Assembly: GCF_006345805.1 (NCBI RefSeq)
Contig: NC_043012.1
Location: 12,896,001-12,960,000 of the forward strand
DNA from: Octopus sinensis
Taxonomy: Eukaryota
DNA: 64,000 nt
Direction: 5' to 3'
The number at the start of each line of letters is the position of its first letter. The stretch's first letter is position 1. Below the pieces are notes generated by a model. It had not been told where the DNA came from. It saw nothing but the letters and a program-made list of their open reading frames with translations, and searched no databases. Both the position numbers and the translations under genes were made by a program. This document shows positions 26,020 through 39,604 of this stretch, piece after piece.

Positions 26020-29000
26020 GGTTGTTAAATGCACAGAAAGCAACGGGAGAGCATGTATTTGATGATGCAGACAGCTAGAAATAACAGTATAATCCTTGTC
26101 AGTTTCGGCATATCATATAGTGTCCTTAAAATTATATGTAGGTTAACAAGACTTTGATCAGATTTGTATTTCATCAACAAGAGCATTTAACATACTATTC
26201 TATACCTTGGAATAATTAAGGATTTAGTTATAGTTATACATAATTTTGCATATGATTTTTTAAAGAAGAAGGGGGCAAGCTAATTGACATTTGAAGACAG
26301 TATATCGACATCTATCAGTAAGAGAAGGGCCCTGTAGTTGTTTCTATCAACGTTCTATTTATATCAGAGCGGAAAATACCCTGCAAAACAGAAAAATGTT
26401 TCCCTTACAAAATGTTATTTCTCGTGAATTTAGAAACGAAAAAGCACGTTAAATTTCTGTATATTATATTGCAAGTCAGTTTCAACCGCGAAGGGAGAAA
26501 TTCATTTTATATAAGACAGATTTGTGTGCAATTATAGTGTAAAAACTTGCTTAGAACAACAGATATCCTGTGTCTAATCACGTTGAAAAATGTAAGAAAT
26601 AGATATAGAAAGTTCAAGAGAGATATAAAAATGATCAATAGAAGAGTAAATAGAAGGAAGGAAATATTTTACAAAACAATCATAAAAAACAATATTCATA
26701 TCACAAGAGTGAATGATTTATTAAAAAAGTTGTCTATCTGATTAGACAACTCATATATATTATTTCAAGTGATCAATATATTTAACTATAACTTTATTTA
26801 AAGAAGAGTTCTCGTATCAGCATGATTTTTTTTATATATATAATATAATTTTTGTGAGGTAATTATTTTTCAAAAATATCAGATGCTTAATTCATATAAT
26901 TTTTCACAATATTCTATTTTGGTAGGTTCTGTCATTTTGGTCTGATAATAGAAATAACTGACATTGCTTAGTAAATGAAACTATCCTTCCATGGTTGTTC
27001 AGCTTGCGCAAGCGGTATCAAATTGTGCCTCAATTTCTGTTTTGTTTATTTTCTGTATTAAAACTCATTTACATTACTTTATATTCTTGAAAGGTAATGT
27101 TGATACTGTATTTCACCAACACGAAGTTGTTACATGGAACTGATGTTGACTTTAATGTAAATCAATTGACGCATTGTTGATTGATTTCAATTAAAGAAGT
27201 CGGGAATCTTTGAATGATTGTAAGCATGTATTGTTAAGAAACCAAAAGTATGATTTCTCTTGTGTTTTATTCGATACGCTACATTATTATTCATAATTTT
27301 GTTTCTGCTTCTTTCTCATCTATTCTTTGTTTCTCAGTATTCTGAAGTTGGACAGGCGGTTGACTCTGAAGCATTTTGTTTAATTTGCTACGTACCTCTC
27401 GTTTCCAATGTTTTATTTCTACTTTTTGGCTTTGTGCTTGTCTTTTGTCCCCGAGTTGTAGATGAGATGTTTTCATGTAAGCGATTTCTTTGTATTTTAA
27501 AATGTCCCTATCTATGTCAGCTAGTAACTGGTTAATAGTTTTACGTTTACATCAACGTTAACTTGAAACAAAAATTGCCAATGTTAGAAAGTGATTATCT
27601 TCAACAAATTCTTTGCAATAAACAATTATATTCTTTACATGAAAACATATACTTACCGAGATGTTTCTCCTTGAACAATATGCTGTTTTATATTTCTTTT
27701 TATCACCAAGTTAAGACTGGATTTAACGTAGTCGCATTCATTCTGATATCAATTTCCTTTCCTTTCAACCTATATAATCTCGTTACTGAAACGTATCAAT
27801 TTCAGGAAAAATGTGGTAATCAAATTTTAATTGAATTTTTAATTAGTATTAATATAAAGTTTCTTCGAAACGGATTTCCACAATATATTGAGGCATAACA
27901 ATTCTATTAATGCGCATACACTGGCTTCTTCTCTTGTAAGTTAATTGGTTAAATGATAATTTTAAATGGAATGATACATATCCATTTGTAAGGCTGATTC
28001 TAAACTGAATCGGTCCTGAAGTGAGAAAAAAGTCCAGCTAATCCCATTTATTGCGTTGACATACATGATATCCCCTAATTCTAATCAATCACCGATTTTC
28101 CCATCTGATCGACGTTAGCCCTGCAAGATCAATATACGATAATTCGTTGAGAGGTTTAATATGCATATAATACGTCCAATGTTTCAACGAGTAGGCTTTA
28201 AAGAACAGACTCACTTCAACTATATCAACTTAATTTACTGAAATAATCTCTCTTGTTGTTAGATTTAGAATAAAAAGCCTGATAAAGGGAATTTTCTAAA
28301 TTTAAGAATTATTCCCGTCATCAAATATTTGGGCAATCAAAGTTGTTTAATTTTTGCTTCAAATTGCGACTGCCCACAATGTATTTAGAACACCAAACTT
28401 TCTCCATCAGTGTTTCTGAATTGTATGTAAGTTTAGCTACTTAATTTACGTGTTAATTTAGGTGATCAAAGTTATAGCTTCCCTTAGGTGTCGAGGTTAA
28501 CACAGCTGTTATGTTTACTATAAACGCAATATTTTCATCATGGAGGCGACGTTAGGAATTAGATGTCCTCTTATTCTATATTATTAAATGTATATTTTTT
28601 CTTTTGTAATGTACGATAATATTCTTTTCTACTGATCAGATACCATCGATATGGACATTCATTTAGCTAGCAGCTTTTATTAAGGACAGTGTTGAAGAAA
28701 AAGAAAAAATAGAGAAAGATTAAAAGACAGGCTTTCTGTTTGTATTTGCAAACAAAACTTTGATATATATTGTTCTCTGCCTATCTGCCTGGCATATTCA
28801 GCAGTTTCAATTAGGTGATCTTCTTTTGTTATATTAATATCCGTAGTCAAACAGTTTTTCGTTTGACAACGTTTCGTTAATTTCCGTGTAGGGAATTTAT
28901 CATTGCCTTATCCTCAGTGGTCAGTGCGAACGTTTTTCGTATGCTGTCATTGTTCTGACCCGAACGGAAGATAAACAAATTGGTTGGGTTTCTAATAAGT

Positions 29001-30252
29001 GTCAACTATATGACAGATATGGTAGTATCAGTGAAAGATCTGTCAGTTACTATTTCCTATAGACGAGAATAGAGATGTTGAAGTAGTATTACTTTCGTTT
29101 GAATAGGTTTCATCAATTCACACAAATACCGCAGTGCTGTTCACTTAGTTCGCTTAGTTCGCATATCGAAGGATTATATTACACAGCAGGGCTATGACGC
29201 ACTGCGATTACTTATTACTTGTTGCAAAATCTGTTACAGTAACGGTAGAGTATTGTGCACTTGTAAAATTGAAGTTCTACATTTTTGAATAAATACAAGC
29301 TTTGCAACTAATATTTTCATTCAAGATATTCTTTTATATTCTCCATTGTTCTGTATTTTTTATTGTTTGATGGTAGATTAAAGCAGAATACAAAAGCAAA
29401 AATAGAAAAACAGACCTAAGCCCAAGAGTAATGTCGGTAAGAAGATTAATTAAAGATATTTTGTTCAGTTCGTTATTTGGACAGATATTTTGTAGAGTTT
29501 CTCAGAAAGTTGTTAATCAGATAATACATTTCTTTTGGTTGTTTTCTCATAACTTCCAATACAGATTTCCTTTCCACTTTGGAAGTTAGATGGACGGCAA
29601 TAGCAGTGTATGCTGAATTGGATGCGTTTTCAGAGGCTCATACGATTGGTTAAATAAGTGTTGCTCAATCAGTAATTTAAAAAGCTTTCAATTTTATATG
29701 TAAGTAAATATAAAAAATGTATTTCGTAGTAAAGTGTAAAACTAATGTAAAATTGAATATGTACACTAAAAATAAAACATGCACGTATTTCAAATTATAG
29801 TGTATATTGTAAAAAACTTAAACTTTAAAGTGGAGATTGAAGTTTAACAATGTGAATGAAGAGTTAAACAGGGAATATATAGACAGGAAAGCAGTTTTTG
29901 AATAATGTTTGGGCATGTTTATCCAAGCACTTCTTCATAGTTGTAATTTTCACGTAATATCATATATGCGTGTGTGTGGAACAGTTTAACTACTTCGTCG
30001 AATGGTTCTCGGTATTCTGTCTAAAATATTGGCACATCTTAGAGAGAAGAAAGATTAAAATAATATAAATCTAGCATATATGGATTGTAGTGTTAGTATC
30101 ACTTTCTGAAAGCATGTAGGAAAATACTTGAATTTATTATTTCAGAATAAAGCTATGCATTTGTAAATGATATCATTGATTATGTCCATGCATGTATACA
30201 CACAGAATATATGCACGTAATCTATCTATATATCTATCGCTCGATCTATCTA

Positions 30253-30289
<37 letters not shown>

Positions 30290-30539
30290 GAAATTGAGCA
30301 TTAAGGTTTCTATATATTCATACACTCACATATAAGCAGGTTGCTACTGCCACATTTGAGGGTTTTGTAAAAGGAAATCACAATACACAATCCCGAATTA
30401 AAAGTACTTTAATAATCAAGAAGATTATGGCTTGAAGGCAGCAGTTTAAAATAACTGACTTCAGCTTCTACCACTATCACCACGTCGCTCCGGAAACTGG
30501 CGCAATTTTTCTTCACAGTGTCCTTAAAGAGATAACCAA

Positions 30540-31200
30540 ACGTTTGGTAGATCTTGGTCATTAGCTAAGCCTTGGTGTTGCAGGGGAGGACAGTTGGTTT
30601 CTTTGTTAACTGTACTCTACACATAGTAATCCATCGGATTACAATCGGGGGTGTTAAAGGGTTAGTAATTGCGGTGGGTGAATTCGAAGAAATTCTCTGA
30701 CAAACACTTGTGACTCTTTCCGGGGTATGGCTTTAAGTCGAATGCTACTGCAATACACATGGACTTCCAGTCGCAAAATTCTCCAGCCTGGTATTGACTA
30801 GTCTCCAGAAGATTCACATAGTAGACTATATTCATAATGACTGAATAAAATGTGATTTGAAGAAGATCACGCACACGAATATTGTAACCCATCGAAGGAA
30901 ACAATGGGAGAATTTATACCCTTGAAGTTGCAAAAATTCAGAAATGAATTCCGCAGAAAAGAACGCCTGTGTAATTGGGCACTGCCCACGGATTCGTAGT
31001 CTCCGTTGCAGTAGTCCATGTCATATCTTACAGCCCTTACAATGTTCACAGGGCATTGATCAATAATTATTATGCAGGTACTTGGACGTGCGACACGAAT
31101 CATCATCATACAATTAAATCTTCTTTTTTTCAATCTTCAGATGGCTTCAAATACTCAATGTCAACTGTTTTTCTTTGTTCTCTTCGAAGCCGTTCCCTGT
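30540..31200 (-). mobile_element. maT-like (Tc1/mariner superfamily) transposase relic
   Basis: Minus strand KSHKCLSENFFEF...*PFNTPDCNPMDYYV* matches the WPPNSPDCNPMDYYVW motif; also IMNIVYYVNLLET and IDQCPVNIVRAVRYDMD. Confidence 0.75.
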
Positions 31201-31268
31201 TCACAAATACATGAAGCTCTTCCTGAAAAAAATAAGACAGAAGCAGGTGAAATTCAACCCGAACGTGC

Positions 31269-31306
<38 letters not shown>

Positions 31307-31507
31307 ATCTCACAGAAGTATATTTACCGCTAAACATTTTCTGTATAATTGCCACTTCTCTGATAATATCAAAGGAAATCAAACGAAATTTATACTGAAT
31401 AAAATAGAGTATACAGGCAGACATTATACAAATTTGGAAAACAAAGCACTAAATATTTTGAAAGATATGAACTGAATATTTATTTCACAACGATACAAAT
31501 ATATGTA

Positions 31508-33036
31508 CACCCTAAAAGATTGTTTGCTATATTCAATATTTAGTGTGGCCGCCTAAATTTCTGCATATAACCGATGGAATCGACCTCCGGTCATCCTGAA
31601 TGATGTTTTTCAACATCGTGGGGTTTTCTTCTCAACCTTCTTTTTCAAACACCCCACAGTTGCCTTATTCTATTAGGTTTAAATTAGGTGGCATAGACGG
31701 CCAAGACAATACCTTTAACTTTTTATCTGATAAAACCCTAGTCGTGAGATTAGGACTATTATCATAATGAAGCATGGACTGTCTTCCTAGATCCTTGATG
31801 TTTTTCAACATTTTCTTCTGCATTATATCACAATAAAACCTTGAATCCATTGTTCTCTCAATAAATGTGAGTCCTCTCACACCAGCCGCACTCATGCATC
31901 TCCAAAACATAACACTTCCGCTGCCGTCTTTCACGGTAGGCACGCTGCATTTGTCGCTACTATCTTCACATGATCGTCGCCATACTCGATTAAAATTTTA
32001 TTCCAAAATTCATTCCCTTTACTCACATAAGTTTCGGGTAAAGAAAGACGACTTGCTCTATGTCTGATAGTGAGGAGAGTCTTCTTACGAGGAATGGGTC
32101 CATGAAGACCACACTGGTTCGAATTTCGGCAGACTGTTTGGGCTGATACACTCATTCCACTAACAGAAGACACTTCTTGGGCGAAAGATGAAGCAGTACG
32201 ACGCCTGTCGTCCATCACGCAACGTTGGATGTAGCTAATATCACGCGCAGTTAAATAGAAGGACGATGTGGACAAAGTTTATTGTTTAGCCGTCCAGTAG
32301 TTTTTTACTTCTGAATTGCTTTGGCAACTGTGTTTACGCTAATATGTATTTATTTGCTTACGAGCATGTATCCTAAACCCTTCTTGTGTAAATTAAAAAT
32401 AATATTCTTCACATTTTCAGACAATTCTTTTCCTTTTGGTGCATTTTAATCAAAATGAAGATTTTCACCATGGAACACAAATCGGAATTCTTGCAGATGC
32501 AATAACAATGACCGGTAGAAAATGTCAGAAATAATTTATTTGAATTGAAATAATCAGCAATACTCTTTTACTCTTACTCTTTTACTTGTTTCAGTCATTT
32601 GACTGCGGCCATGCTGGAGCACCGCCTTTTTAGTCGAGCAAATCGACCCCGGGACTTATTCTTTGTAAGCCCAGTACTTATTCTATCGGTCTCTTTTGCC
32701 GAACCGCTAAGTGACGGGGACGTAAACACACCAGCATCGGTTGTCAAGCAATGCTACGGGGACAAACACACACACACACATACACATATATACATATATA
32801 TACATATATACGACAGGCTTCTTTCAGTTTCCGTCTACCAAATCCACTCACAAGGCATTGGTCGGCCCGGGGCTATAGCAGAAGACACTTGCCCAAGATG
32901 CCACGCAGTGGGACTGAACCCGGAACCATGTGGTTGGTTAGCAAGCTACTTACCACACAGCCACTCCTACGCCTATATCTGAATTTAGTAAAAGAAGTGG
33001 ATAAAATATTGAATATAGCAAATTTCCTTTAGGGTC
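31508..33036 (-). mobile_element. Tc1-like DNA transposon (decayed) with TIRs, TA flanks and nested SINE
   Basis: Peptides PTVKDGSGSVMFWRCMSAAGV, HYDNSP and WPSMPPNLNLIE. Left TA|caccctaaaag...tttgctatattcaatattt pairs with right aaatattgaatatagcaaa...ctttagggtc|TA. Confidence 0.85.
32561..32973 (-). mobile_element. SINE family A (tRNA head, internal CA/TG microsatellite) inserted in the Tc1 5' region
   Basis: Full-length reverse-complement match to 37333-37757; lies between the Tc1 ORF start and its TIR. Confidence 0.92.
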
Positions 33037-33238
33037 TACACAATTTTTGTAACATTTTGAAATTGATATATCGTTTATAGCCTTGCACATGTTTATTGCA
33101 TTATGTTTCAAATTTGTATAATGCTAGCATGTATAATATATCTTATTCAGCATAAACTTCGTTTCATTTCCTTCTATATTATCAGAGTAATGGCAATTTT
33201 ACTGAAATATCTTTTAGGGGCATACATGCTTCTGTGAG

Positions 33239-33328
<90 letters not shown>

Positions 33329-34115
33329 CACATTACTTTGAATAAAGAGTTGATAAAAATTTATACGTATCAAATTTAAGTTAAGACAGATTTCAATCCC
33401 AAATGAGACGGTTATTTTCACAAAATACTTAGGATTATTTGGTTGAATATTGTTGTGAAATATTTGTAACTTATACATATTTTAATAAATTGAATTTAAT
33501 TTACCTTATTTACGAAATTATGGAAAAAAGGATGTTTACGCGAAAGAAAGAGCGGTTGGGCATATTTGAATTATGATCTACCTGTGGAACATTATGTTTC
33601 TGCTTGAAAATATATCAGATTGTTTCAAAAATAATTTCGACTGATTACATACTTAGAAGCAAATGGGTTACAACTGGATCCATGCCAGTATAGTAAAGAT
33701 TTCGAGTTTAAGGGTGTTTGATAACTTAATTACCAAGAATCTATCTCTCCCCTCTCTCCTCCTCTTTCTCTTATCTTTCTGAATATATATATACATATAT
33801 ACATACATACATACATACATACATAGTGTTCAAATTTAAAGAAAATTAAAGATTAGGGCGTGTGTAGGAAAAGCAAGGCACGTGTAATAGTTTAACGCTC
33901 GGGAAGAATGACGCGCTTCGACAGAAGGAATTAAGAGGAAAAGAATGGAACGAGAATGGAAAAAAACGTGGAGTTCTATGCAGCTGTTAGAACCCTTCCT
34001 GATGGGATTTTTTGTATTTTAATATGTGGCTTAGATATTGCGAAACTAATAATCCGGTGTAGAACTCAATACATGTATGTTTCAAAACGAAGTGTTGGCT
34101 AAGTATAGAGCGCTC

Positions 34116-34150
<35 letters not shown>

Positions 34151-34191
34151 TGAGAGAGAGATGACAAAGGAAGAAATAATTGTGTCACGAA

Positions 34192-34286
34192 CTTCATTAG
34201 CTTACAGCTGTTTCTACTGAACCGCGGACTCATAGTTGAGTTCCCTAATAAAACCTTATAGCTTCATCGGAGCCTCGAATGTGAAG
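34192..34286 (-). ncRNA. Variant or decayed type I hammerhead motif
   Basis: Minus strand: CTTCA...GGCT, CCGATGA, A, long imperfect stem II, GAAA, palindromic ACAGCTGT, A, AGCT-AA-TGAAG. Stem I has 4+5 bp; the base of stem II is mismatched. Confidence 0.5.
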
Positions 34287-35059
34287 GGCAATTTATTGAG
34301 GGGATAATTACATTTGTGTCCATAATTAGAAATGCATCTATAATGAGAAACATCACTACAGATACTATAAGTAACGCCTCACACTGTAATCTATTTCAAC
34401 AAATATACACAGGCGCCGAAATCTTGGGAATGAAGATAGAAGATATTCCTTTAAAAAATGTTTAGTCGTATATCATTAAGGATTTCATCGTCAGCATGTA
34501 TAATATGCTCTCCAATCATCGGCACGACATAACCAAGAAATATAAATATAAACATCTCTACATACCAATCGAACAACAACGCATCCAGCAGAGAATATAC
34601 AAATGTCCACACTTATATATCCATGAAAGGGTGCTTCTCATGTTCACTTCAGGCGTACGTGTATAAAAGGAACAACTCAGCACTGAATATATTCCGGTTC
34701 AAATTTTAGATAAAATATAAGGATAAAATCTATATAAGATTTATCAAGTAGCCAACGTGGAAAACTAATTGAGTAAAAAAAAATTAATACAAAGTATATA
34801 TATTTTTTCTTAAATATAACATGCATTATTATATCCAGGATTATTCTATAAGTAACGCCTAACAGTTAAATGGGACTCAAACGTCAAATTACTTCAATAA
34901 ATATACACAAGCACCGTGAGACGTTATTCATTATAATAGCCCTCGATATAATAATGTATTTTATATTTAAGAAAAAAGTTATATATTTTGCATTATTTTT
35001 TCCTCATTTGATTTTCCACGCTGACAACTTGATAAATCTTAAATAGATTTTATACATAA

Positions 35060-35163
<104 letters not shown>

Positions 35164-35640
35164 TGTGTGTGTGTCTGTGTGTGTGTGTGTGTGTGTGTAA
35201 GAAAACTGAATGTGCAAAGGTAATTAGAAGTATTAGTGAAAACGAATGTACGTGTGTGCATATAAGTCTGCATGCACTCATAGGCACTCATAGATGTTAG
35301 CCTAAATTTATAATTAGATAAATTTAAACCCTGTCGTAAGTCAAACGAAAATCTACGGTACGTCAACAAAGAATATGATCACCTACCTGTAGTTCTTAAG
35401 TCTATAGGCAGCAATATAGGAATGCGCATACTATCAATACCTTTGGACGAGACAGCATTGTGCAATGCCACGCTGTATTATAATGGCGCATTAGGCAACA
35501 GTGAATTCTCGGACAAGATCCAATATAGCCATAACGAAGATAATCATAATAAACCACGCAGGACTAGAACTAAGAAAGTTTTATGGATTAATGCAACTTT
35601 TAATATATATATTAGAAGTTGTGGCTTTTATATATTAAAA

Positions 35641-35990
35641 GGAGTGGTTGTGTGGTAAGTAGCTTGCTAACCAACCACATGGTTCCGGGTTCAGTCTTCT
35701 ACTATAGCCCCGGGCCGACCAATGCCTTGTGAGTGGATTTGGTAGACGGAAACTGAAAGAAGCCCGTCGTATATATGTATATATATATATGAGAGTGTGT
35801 GTGTGTCTGTGTTTGACAACCGATGCTGGTGTGTTTATGTCCCCGTTACTTAGCGGTTCGGCAAAAGAGACCGATAGAATAAGTACTGGGCTTACAAAAG
35901 AATAAGTCCCGGGATCGAGTTGCTCGATTAAAGGTTGTGCTCCAGCATGTCCGCAGTCAAATGACTGAAACAAGTAAAAGAGAGTAAAGA
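35641..35990 (+). mobile_element. SINE family A copy with internal deletions
   Basis: ggagtggttgtgtggtaagtagc head, gggttcagtc B box, agtaaaagagagtaaaga tail. Confidence 0.92.
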
Positions 35991-36731
35991 GTATATATTT
36001 GAATTAAAATTTCATGACACAAAACGGCTGCCAGACTATATAAATATTTATAGTTAAAAAATAATTAGTTAAACAAAATATCTAGTTTGCTTTATATTTA
36101 CAAACACTGCTTCATCAAACATGCCGAGTAACCATTAGACAAAATTTACTGTTTAGTTGGCAAAGTGGCTACATGAAAAATTAAATTTATACACCCTCTA
36201 GCTGTTTATACACATTTTTCAACATTTATCTTATCAGAAAATAGCTAATAGCTAGCAAAATTACTACACAACCTGTCACAAATGCAGGGTTCAATATTCA
36301 CAGAAATTTTACAATAACATAACTTAAGAGATTTTTGTATTCACCCAGATGTGTCACAGGGATTATTTAAATCTGAGATGCAAAAGATCTGGTGAATTCC
36401 TGGATCATGAGAGAAAACTATTTATGCCTAACACAAAACACAAATTTCATATACTAAGCAGACAATCACAGCTCCCAAAATTCAATTAAACATCATTGTC
36501 TCAGAAAAAAAGAAACTTTAAATTCTCTCTTTGTTTGCTTATACAATCGTACATAGAGCGGACCAACAAGGACAGACAAAACAGCACAAGTTGGGGCAAA
36601 AACACAGACGAATGAATGCTATGATAATTACATAATAAGGATGCAATGGCTACTACTCGACCCCACTTCCGAGTAGTATTGTATAAATCTGTTTTGCATG
36701 AAGCTTATTACTGAATTGATTATATTGTTAA

Positions 36732-36962
36732 GGCGGCGAGCTGGCAGAAACGTTAGCACGCCGGGCTAATTGTGTAGCCGTATTTCGTCTGCCGTTACAT
36801 TGTGAGGTCAAATTCCGCCGAGGTCGACTTTGCCTTTCATCCTTTCGGGGTCGATAAATTAAGTACCAGTTACGCACTGCAGTCGATGTAATCGACTTAA
36901 CCCGTTTGTCTGTCCTTGTTTGTCCTCTCTGTGTTTAGCAACTTGTGGGAAGTAAAGAAATA
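36732..36962 (+). mobile_element. SINE family B full copy
   Basis: ggcggcgagctggcagaaacgttagcacgccggg head through gtaaagaaata tail. Confidence 0.93.
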
Positions 36963-37332
36963 TATATTGTTAAGTATACTGTGTATCCAAAGTAATCTAT
37001 CTCTGCCCACAATGGATCTATTACCTCACCAAAGTTTGCTTTCAATTTCTGGTAACTTTTTCGATGATTAATAATGCATTGCCTAACAGGAAATATTAAA
37101 GTATCCTCTTCTCTGACTCTAACAGCTTTCTTCATTTTGTTTATTCTCTCTTCAATCGCTGTATTTGTCCAATATGTTAAAAACCTTAAATCTTTAAAAA
37201 TGTTTTAGCCCGAAGGCCGCGGCCATGCTGGGGCACCACCTTGTTAATATTTCATATTGTGTTTCTTGTGAGTCTGTATGTGTGTAATTAATTGGTGGTA
37301 TCTGTACTGTCTAAGTTTTTTCGAGTATGTGG

Positions 37333-37503
37333 AGAGTGGTTGTGTGGTACGTAGCTTGCTTACCAACCACATGGTTCTTGGTTCAGTCCCACTGCGTGGC
37401 ACCTCGGGCAAAGTGTCTGCTACTATAGCCTCGGGCCGACCAAAGCCTTGTGAGTGGATTTGGTAGACGGGAACTGAATGAAGTCCGTCGTATATATGTA
37501 TAA

Positions 37504-37553
<50 letters not shown>

Positions 37554-37757
37554 TTGTGTGTCTGTTTGTCCACCCACATCGCTTGACAACCGATGCTGTT
37601 GTGTTTATGTCTCCTTAACTTAGTGGTTCGAGAAAGAGAGCGATAGAATACGTACTAGGCTTACAAAGAATAAGTCCTGGGGTTGATTTCTTCGACTAAG
37701 AGGCGGTGCTCCAGCAGGGCCGCAGTCAAATGACTGGAACAAGTAAAAGAGTAAAGA
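37333..37757 (+). mobile_element. SINE family A full copy
   Basis: Head, ggcacctcgggcaaagtgtc core, internal (AT)(GT)n, tail agtaaaagagtaaagag. Confidence 0.93.
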
Positions 37758-37764
37758 GGGTCTG

Positions 37765-38750
37765 TGATTGCCTATGTGTATTCTATTGTTGGAGTTACTT
37801 GGCTGTATGTACCTGTGTGTGTATGTTTGGTTGCGGATTCTGGATTGTTTAGTGTAATTGTCTTTGTTAATTGCGGTGTGTGCGTTACTGTGTTACTGTG
37901 TTCTGTTCTCTTATTTTTCTTAGAGTCCTTAAGGGGGCGGGGAGTTCTTTGTTTCCTTTCTCGTTCTATTTTGTATTTCTCACGCTTTATTTGTGATTAA
38001 TTCCCCTACTTCCTTCGGGTCCACGCTGCTACTGGTTTCTTTCTGTCTTACTTCCTTCGTGTTTGCTTATGGAAAAGGGGGCAGTTTGCATTAATGTGAC
38101 TCTTCTCCCCGCAGTGCTAACATATGGGGGTGTTCCCTCCACTACCACTTGCAGCCTCACATCCTCCTGCAGATCCCTTATAGTGGCATGAATTATGAGC
38201 TCCAGGCTCACCTGCAGCACATGCGTGTCATCCTCCATATCCATCATAATGGCTGCCAGCAACCACATTTCCTTAATTTCCGGGGCACCCTGCTAATTCT
38301 TACTCTTGTTGCTCTCCTTCCAAAGTAAGCTAGCAGTAGTTCCCATTTTTCCGACTTTAAGTCTTCAGTGGAGAGCATTGTTGCTTCTTCTGCTGTCGAG
38401 AAGCGCACCTCCACAGTGCCAAATTTCCTGCCTCTACGACAAAATTCGATTTTATTACACAACTTATTTACGCACTATACTACTTCTCTCCATTTCTTTC
38501 GATGTTCTCAGTAGTGAGAAGGTTTTGTACTACTGTTTTCAGTTCGATGTTCATTGTCACCTCCAGTCTTGGCGTCAGCTTCAATTTTACGCCTCTTTTA
38601 AATAAATTTCAGCTGCTCTCTACTGCTTCCAGGTCTACAACCACTTCTGTTACTTTCAATTGCTTAACAGCTTCCACAACTTTTTTCAAGTGTCGCTACT
38701 CCTGCGTAGCAGTCAGCACGCGCTTCTTCTTTCTCCATTTTAGTTGAAGA
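37765..38750 (-). mobile_element. LINE (L1/Tx1-like) ORF1 relic with CCHC zinc knuckle and downstream spacer
   Basis: Minus-strand peptides FCRRGRKFGTVEVRFSTAEEA...RVRISRVP and IC*HCGEKSHINANCP (CX2CX4HX4C). The spacer is homologous to 41935-42087. Confidence 0.7.
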
Positions 38751-39233
38751 ATGAGAAGATGAAAACAAAAAACGGGAAATAATGTTAGAGGTAAAGTCTA
38801 AAGCGAAGCGTGACACCAACGACAGAATGTGTAATTGTGTAAACTGAAGAATAGTTACACTGACGATATATTCATTTGTAAAGATGTTAATTTTTAAGGT
38901 ATATAAAAAAAATACACCTTCGCTAATTCAACCTCAAGTTCTTCATGAAATGTAATACATTTGACTTTTAGCTTATTTTTGTTTAATAAAGTTTATAAGT
39001 AGAAAAATTATGTTCTCTTCAGATTCTTCAATTGCCGTAATTATTTCCATTGTCCGTGTCTTCAATTATGATCACTTTTCCTTTTTCAGCTACCCTTTTC
39101 TCTGCTGTCAATCCATGTATTACAAATTTATTTAACTTCACCTTGCATCACAAGCTTATTTTGTGGATTTACTTTAAAACACACACGCACACAAATCACA
39201 CACACACACACACACACACATCTGTATGTTGTC

Positions 39234-39237
39234 TTTC

Positions 39238-39301
<64 letters not shown>

Positions 39302-39453
39302 GTGTCAATATGTCAGTCTGTCTGTTTATCTATCTATCTATCTATCTACCTATCTATCTTTTATTCTTTCTTTTTATCTATCCATCTATCTATATCTATC
39401 TATCTATTATCTATCTATCTATTATCTATCTATCTATTATCTATCTATCTATT

Positions 39454-39512
<59 letters not shown>
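39234..39512 (+). repeat. (CTAT)n / (CTATCTATT)n compound microsatellite
   Basis: Direct reading. Confidence 0.95.
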
Positions 39513-39513
<1 letters not shown>

Positions 39514-39604
39514 ATTATTATTATTATCATCATCATTATCATCATTATTATTAACACGATTATTGTTGTTATTGCTGTTGCTGTTGTTGTTGTTGTCGTT
39601 GTTG

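Noticed and set aside
28861-28925. Minus-strand CTGAGGA...GAAACGTTGTC hammerhead-like motif
   Set aside because: The stem II hairpin is displaced 9 nt from the core and stem I does not close. By my rough estimate about one such loose match is expected by chance in a window this size.
37765-38750. ORF1-only (HAL1-like) element
   Set aside because: The end next to the SINE reads NRIHIGNH, resembling the start of an APE endonuclease, so ORF2 was more likely truncated at the SINE junction.
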